64,000 nucleotides of DNA from assembly GCF_963921235.1 (NCBI RefSeq), contig NC_086108.1:106394001-106458000 (forward strand), given 5' to 3'. Shown here piece after piece: positions 60,256 to 64,000 of the stretch (positions are counted from its first letter, which is position 1; each line of letters opens with the position of its first letter). The stretch is from Mobula hypostoma. Its lineage: Eukaryota. The notes below the pieces were generated by a model. That model did no database searches. It worked only from the letters and a program-made list of their open reading frames with translations, and was not told where the DNA came from. The position numbers and the translations under genes are program-made.

Positions 60256-60504
60256 TGCTTCTTCCTATAGATGCTGCCTGGCCTGCTGCGTTCCCCCAGC
60301 ATTTTGTGTGTGTTGCTTGAATTTCCAGCATCTGCAGATTTCCTCGTGTTTGCAGATTATTGGTGATGTTCACTCCTAAGAATTTGAAGCTCCCAACTCA
60401 CTTGACCTCAGCATTGTGAAATAAATGGGAACATGTGTAAAGCCCCGCAGTCCTGATGTCAATGAACAGTTCCCTTGTTTTACTGACATTGATGGGAAAG
60501 CAAG

Positions 60505-60960
60505 AAGGCATGGCATCCAAGGAGACATTGCTGTGTGGATTGAGAACTGTCTTGCCCACAAAAGCAAAGAGTGGCTGTAAATGATTCGCATTCTGCATGG
60601 AGGATGGTGACCAGTGGTGCTCCATGGGGATCTGTTCTGGGACCCCTCCTCTTGGTGATTTTTATAAAGGACTTGGATGACGAAGTAGAAGGGTAGGTTA
60701 GTAAGTTTGCTGATGACACAAAGGTTGGAGGTGTTGTGGATAGTGTGGAGGGCTGTTAGAGGTTACAGCGCAACATCGATAGATGCAGAACTGGGCTGAG
60801 AAGTGGCAGATGGAGTTCAACCTAGATAAGTGTGAGGTGGTTCATTTTGGTAGGTCAAATTTGAAGGCCGGATATAGTATTAAAGGTAAGACTCTTGGTA
60901 GTGTGGAGGATCAGAGGGTTCTGGGGGTCCGTGTCCATAGGACACTCAAAGCTGCTACTA
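60505..60960 (+). mobile_element. CR1 RT fragment
   Basis: AAGTTTGCTGATGACACAAAG (KFADDTK); WAEKWQMEFNLDKCEVVHFG. Confidence 0.9.
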
Positions 60961-61150
60961 GGTTGTCAGTGTCTCACCAATCACCTCCCAGCTTGTACTC
61001 CTCACTTGCCCTCCACCTTATTGTGACTTTTTGCCCATTCAATTCCAGACAAGATGAAGGGTCTTTAACCCAGATGTCAAATCTTTATTCTGCTCCATAG
61101 ATGCTGCCTGATTTGCAGAGTTCCTCTAGCATTTTGTTCTCAGCACCAGT

Positions 61151-62090
61151 GTCAGAATCAGAATCAGGTTGTGAAATTTGCTGTTATGCGACAGAAGTAC
61201 ATTGGAATACGTAATCACAAAAGCTGTAAATTACCGGACTAGGTATAAATACTTAAAAAGTTACAATAATTAAGTATTGCAAAAAGAGAAAAAAGTAGTG
61301 AGGTAGTGTCCATGGGTTCAATGTCCATTCAGAAATTGGATGGCAGAGGGAAAGAAACTGTTCCTTAATTGTTGGTGTGTGCTTTCAGGCTCCTGCACCT
61401 CCTCCCTGATGGGAGCAATGAGAAGAGGCCGTGTCCTGGATGATGGGGGTCCTTAATGATGTATGCAGCCGTTTTGAGGCATCACTCCTTGAATTTGTCC
61501 TTAATACTGGGGAGGCTGGTGGCCACGATGGAGCTAGCTAAGTTCACAACTTTCTGCAGTGTGCAGTGCCCCTTCCCCATACCATGTGGTGATGCAGCCA
61601 GTTAGAATGTTCTCCATGGGACATCTGATGAAATTAGTGGGTGCCATTGGTGACATACCAAATCTCCTCAAACTCCGAATGAAATATAGACTCTGTCATG
61701 CCTTCTTTGTAACTGCATGAATACGTTGGACCCAGGACAGATCTCCAAAGATGTTGACACCTCGGAACTTGAAATTATCTGACTCCTTCCCCCTTCCTTT
61801 CCAGTCCCGATGAAGGGTCTCGGCCCAAAACGTCAACTGTTAACTCTTTTCCATAGATGCTGCCTGGCCTGCTGAGTTCCTCCAGAATTTTGTGTGTGTT
61901 TCTCTGGATTTCTAGCATCTGCCGATTTTCTTGCACTTGAAGCTGCTCACCCTTTCCACTTCTGACCCCTCAATGAAGACTGGTGTGTGTTCCCTTGTCT
62001 TACCCTTTCTGAAGTCCACAATCAATTCTTTGGTCTTACTGACATTGAATGCAAGGTTGTTGCTGTGATACCATTCAATGATACCATTCA
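61151..62090 (-). mobile_element. Rex1/Babar 3' fragment containing a PLE UTR piece (~61775-61935)
   Basis: NNLAFNVSKTKELIVDFRK...VERVSSFK; (GATTCT)n tail at 61151. Confidence 0.88.
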
Positions 62091-63082
62091 GTGCTGGGTC
62101 CATTGTTATTTGTCATCTATATCAATGATCTGGATGACAATGTGGTAAATTGGATCAGCAAGTTTGCTGATGATACAAAGTTTGGAGGTGTAGTAAACAG
62201 TGAGGAAGGTTTTCAGAGCCTGCAGAGGGACTTGGACCAGCTGGAAAAATGGGCTGAAAAATGACAGATGGAGTTTAATACTGACAAGTGTGAGGTATTG
62301 CACATTGGAAGGACAAACCAACGTAGAACATACAGGGTTAATGGTAAGGCACTGAGGAGTGCAGTGGAACAGAGGGATCTGGGAATACAGATACAAAATT
62401 CCCTAAAAGTGTCGTCACAGGTAGATAGGGTCATAAAGAGAGCTTTTGGTACATTGGCCTTTATTAATCGAAGTATTGAGTATAAGAGCTGGAATGTTAT
62501 GATGAGGTTGTATAAGGCATTGGTGAGGCCAAATCTGGAGTATTGTGTTCAGTTTTGGTCACCAAATTACAGGAAGGATATAAATAAGGTTGAAAGAGTG
62601 CAGAGAAGGTTTACAAGGATTGCTGGGACTTGAGAAACTCAGTTACAGAGAAAGGTTGAATAGGTTAGGACTTTATTCCCTGGAGCGTAGAAGAATGAGG
62701 GGAGATTTGATAGAGGTATATAAAATTACGATGGGTATAGATAGAGTGAATGCAAGCAGGCTTTTTCCACTGAGGCAAGGGGAGAAATAAACCAGAGGAC
62801 ATGGGTTAAGGGTGAGGGGGGAAAAGTTTAAAGGGAACATTAGGGGGAGCTTCTTCACACAGAGAGTGGTGGGAGTATGGAATGAGCTGCCAGACGAGGT
62901 GGTAAATGCGGGTTCTTTTTTAACATTTAAGAATAAATGGGACAGATACATGGATGGGAGGTGTATGGAGGGATATGGTCCGTGTGCAGGTCAGTGGGAC
63001 TATGCAGAAAATGGATCGGCACAGCCAAGAAGGGCCAAAAGGCCTGTTTCTGTGCTGTAGTTTCTATGGTTCTATGGTTCTA
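62090..63082 (+). mobile_element. CR1 3' fragment
   Basis: MEFNTDKCEVLHIG...LVRPNLEYCVQFWSP...FFTQRVV; tail TTCTATGGTTCTATGGTTCTA. Confidence 0.95.
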
Positions 63083-63317
63083 AAGAGCTGATAAAGTCTC
63101 ATAAAGTTGTACTAGAACCTCCTTGCTCTTATACACTACCTTGTTATCAATAAAGACAAGTTTACTGTGTATGTCCTATCCTTATTCCTCTCTGAAAAGT
63201 CACCACTTTCTACTTATCAGAATTAAATTCCATTCTGTTACTGCTCTGGCCACCTTACAGCCTTTATTTCCTGCAGAGCATCAAGAAAACTCACCTCTGT
63301 CCCAGGATACGGACGGA

Positions 63318-63846
63318 CTTCTACCACTGTACCATTGAGAGCATACTCACCAACTGCATCTCAGTGTGGTATGGCAATTGTCCCATATAGGACCACAAAG
63401 CACTCCAGCGTGTGGTGAAAACTGTCCAGCGGATTATCGACACCGAACTGCCCACCATTGAGAACATCTACCATAAACGCTGCCTGGGCAGGGCGAAAAG
63501 CATTATCAAGGATGCATCTCACCCTAACCATGGACTTTTTACTCTCCTCCCATCCAGTAGGCGCTACAGGAGCCTCCGCTCCCGCACCAGCAGGCTCAGG
63601 AAGAGCTTCTTCCCTGAGGCTGTGACCCAGCTGAACCTCACATCACAGCGCTAAGCAGTATTGCATCTGTATTGTACTGTCTCAGTGCTTTTATATTTGT
63701 GTGCTGTAGCACTTACTTTTTATTCACAGTTATTTTGTAAATAACACTATTCTTTTGCACTTCTGGTCAGATGCTAACTGCATTTCATTGGCTTTGTATC
63801 TGTACTCGACACAATGACAATAAAGCTGAATCTAATCTAATCTAAT
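63318..63846 (+). mobile_element. Rex1/Babar 3' fragment, well preserved
   Basis: VKTVQRIIDTELPTIENIYHKRC...SIIKDASHPNHGLFTLLPSSRRYRSL...SFFPEAV; AATAAAGCTG(AATCT)n tail. Confidence 0.92.
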
Positions 63847-64000
63847 AAAGATAGATTCATTTTATTTATCACGTGAACATTGCAAACATAGAGTGAAATG
63901 CATTGTTTGCTTCAAACCAAATGAGCGAGGATTGTGTTGAGTGCAGCCCCTGAGTTTTGTCATGCTTCTGGCACTAAAATAGCATGCCAACAACTCACTA

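Larger units (their letters stand above)
59608..60352 (+). mobile_element. 5'-truncated PLE inserted in a Rex1/Babar fragment (59365-60510, -)
   Basis: ETRRRLGDRFAEH...QPDGMNID; TSD CAGATTATTGGT at 59596-59607 and 60353-60364. Confidence 0.95.

Noticed and set aside
9404..61935. CRISPR-like or retron-like system from recurring repeats next to RT genes
   Set aside because: The repeats are dispersed PLE termini in both orientations without regular spacers, and the RTs are eukaryotic CR1, Rex1/Babar, PLE and Gypsy types.

Overview
Repeat-saturated eukaryotic DNA with no recognisable host protein-coding exon, so probably intergenic or deep-intronic. The repeat mix points to a cartilaginous fish such as a ray or shark (inference). 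It contains many CR1 LINEs, Rex1/Babar LINE fragments, Neptune-type Penelope-like elements (PLEs), V-domain and Deu-domain SINEs, RTE-derived non-autonomous elements, a decayed Gypsy element, Tc1-like remnants and tiny Tc1 and hAT MITEs. Best-preserved coding remnants: a near full-length PLE at 21524-25149 (-), with RT and GIY-YIG, three frameshifts, identical 117-bp terminal repeats and a 12-13 bp TSD; and a CR1 at 29431-33070 (-) with esterase ORF1 and endonuclease/RT ORF2. The most interesting signals are RNA structures. A ~540-bp ORF-less, non-tRNA retroposon has a 5' end that folds by eye into an HDV-like ribozyme with an atypical hairpin inserted in L3. Minimal hammerhead ribozymes occur in many PLE terminal repeats, often as inverted pairs. 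Also notable are a 52-bp duplication flanking a CR1, a composite transposon built from ~65-bp TIR-only MITEs, and SINEs with swapped LINE-type tails. All family assignments are from motif recognition by eye. Boundaries without a TSD are approximate.
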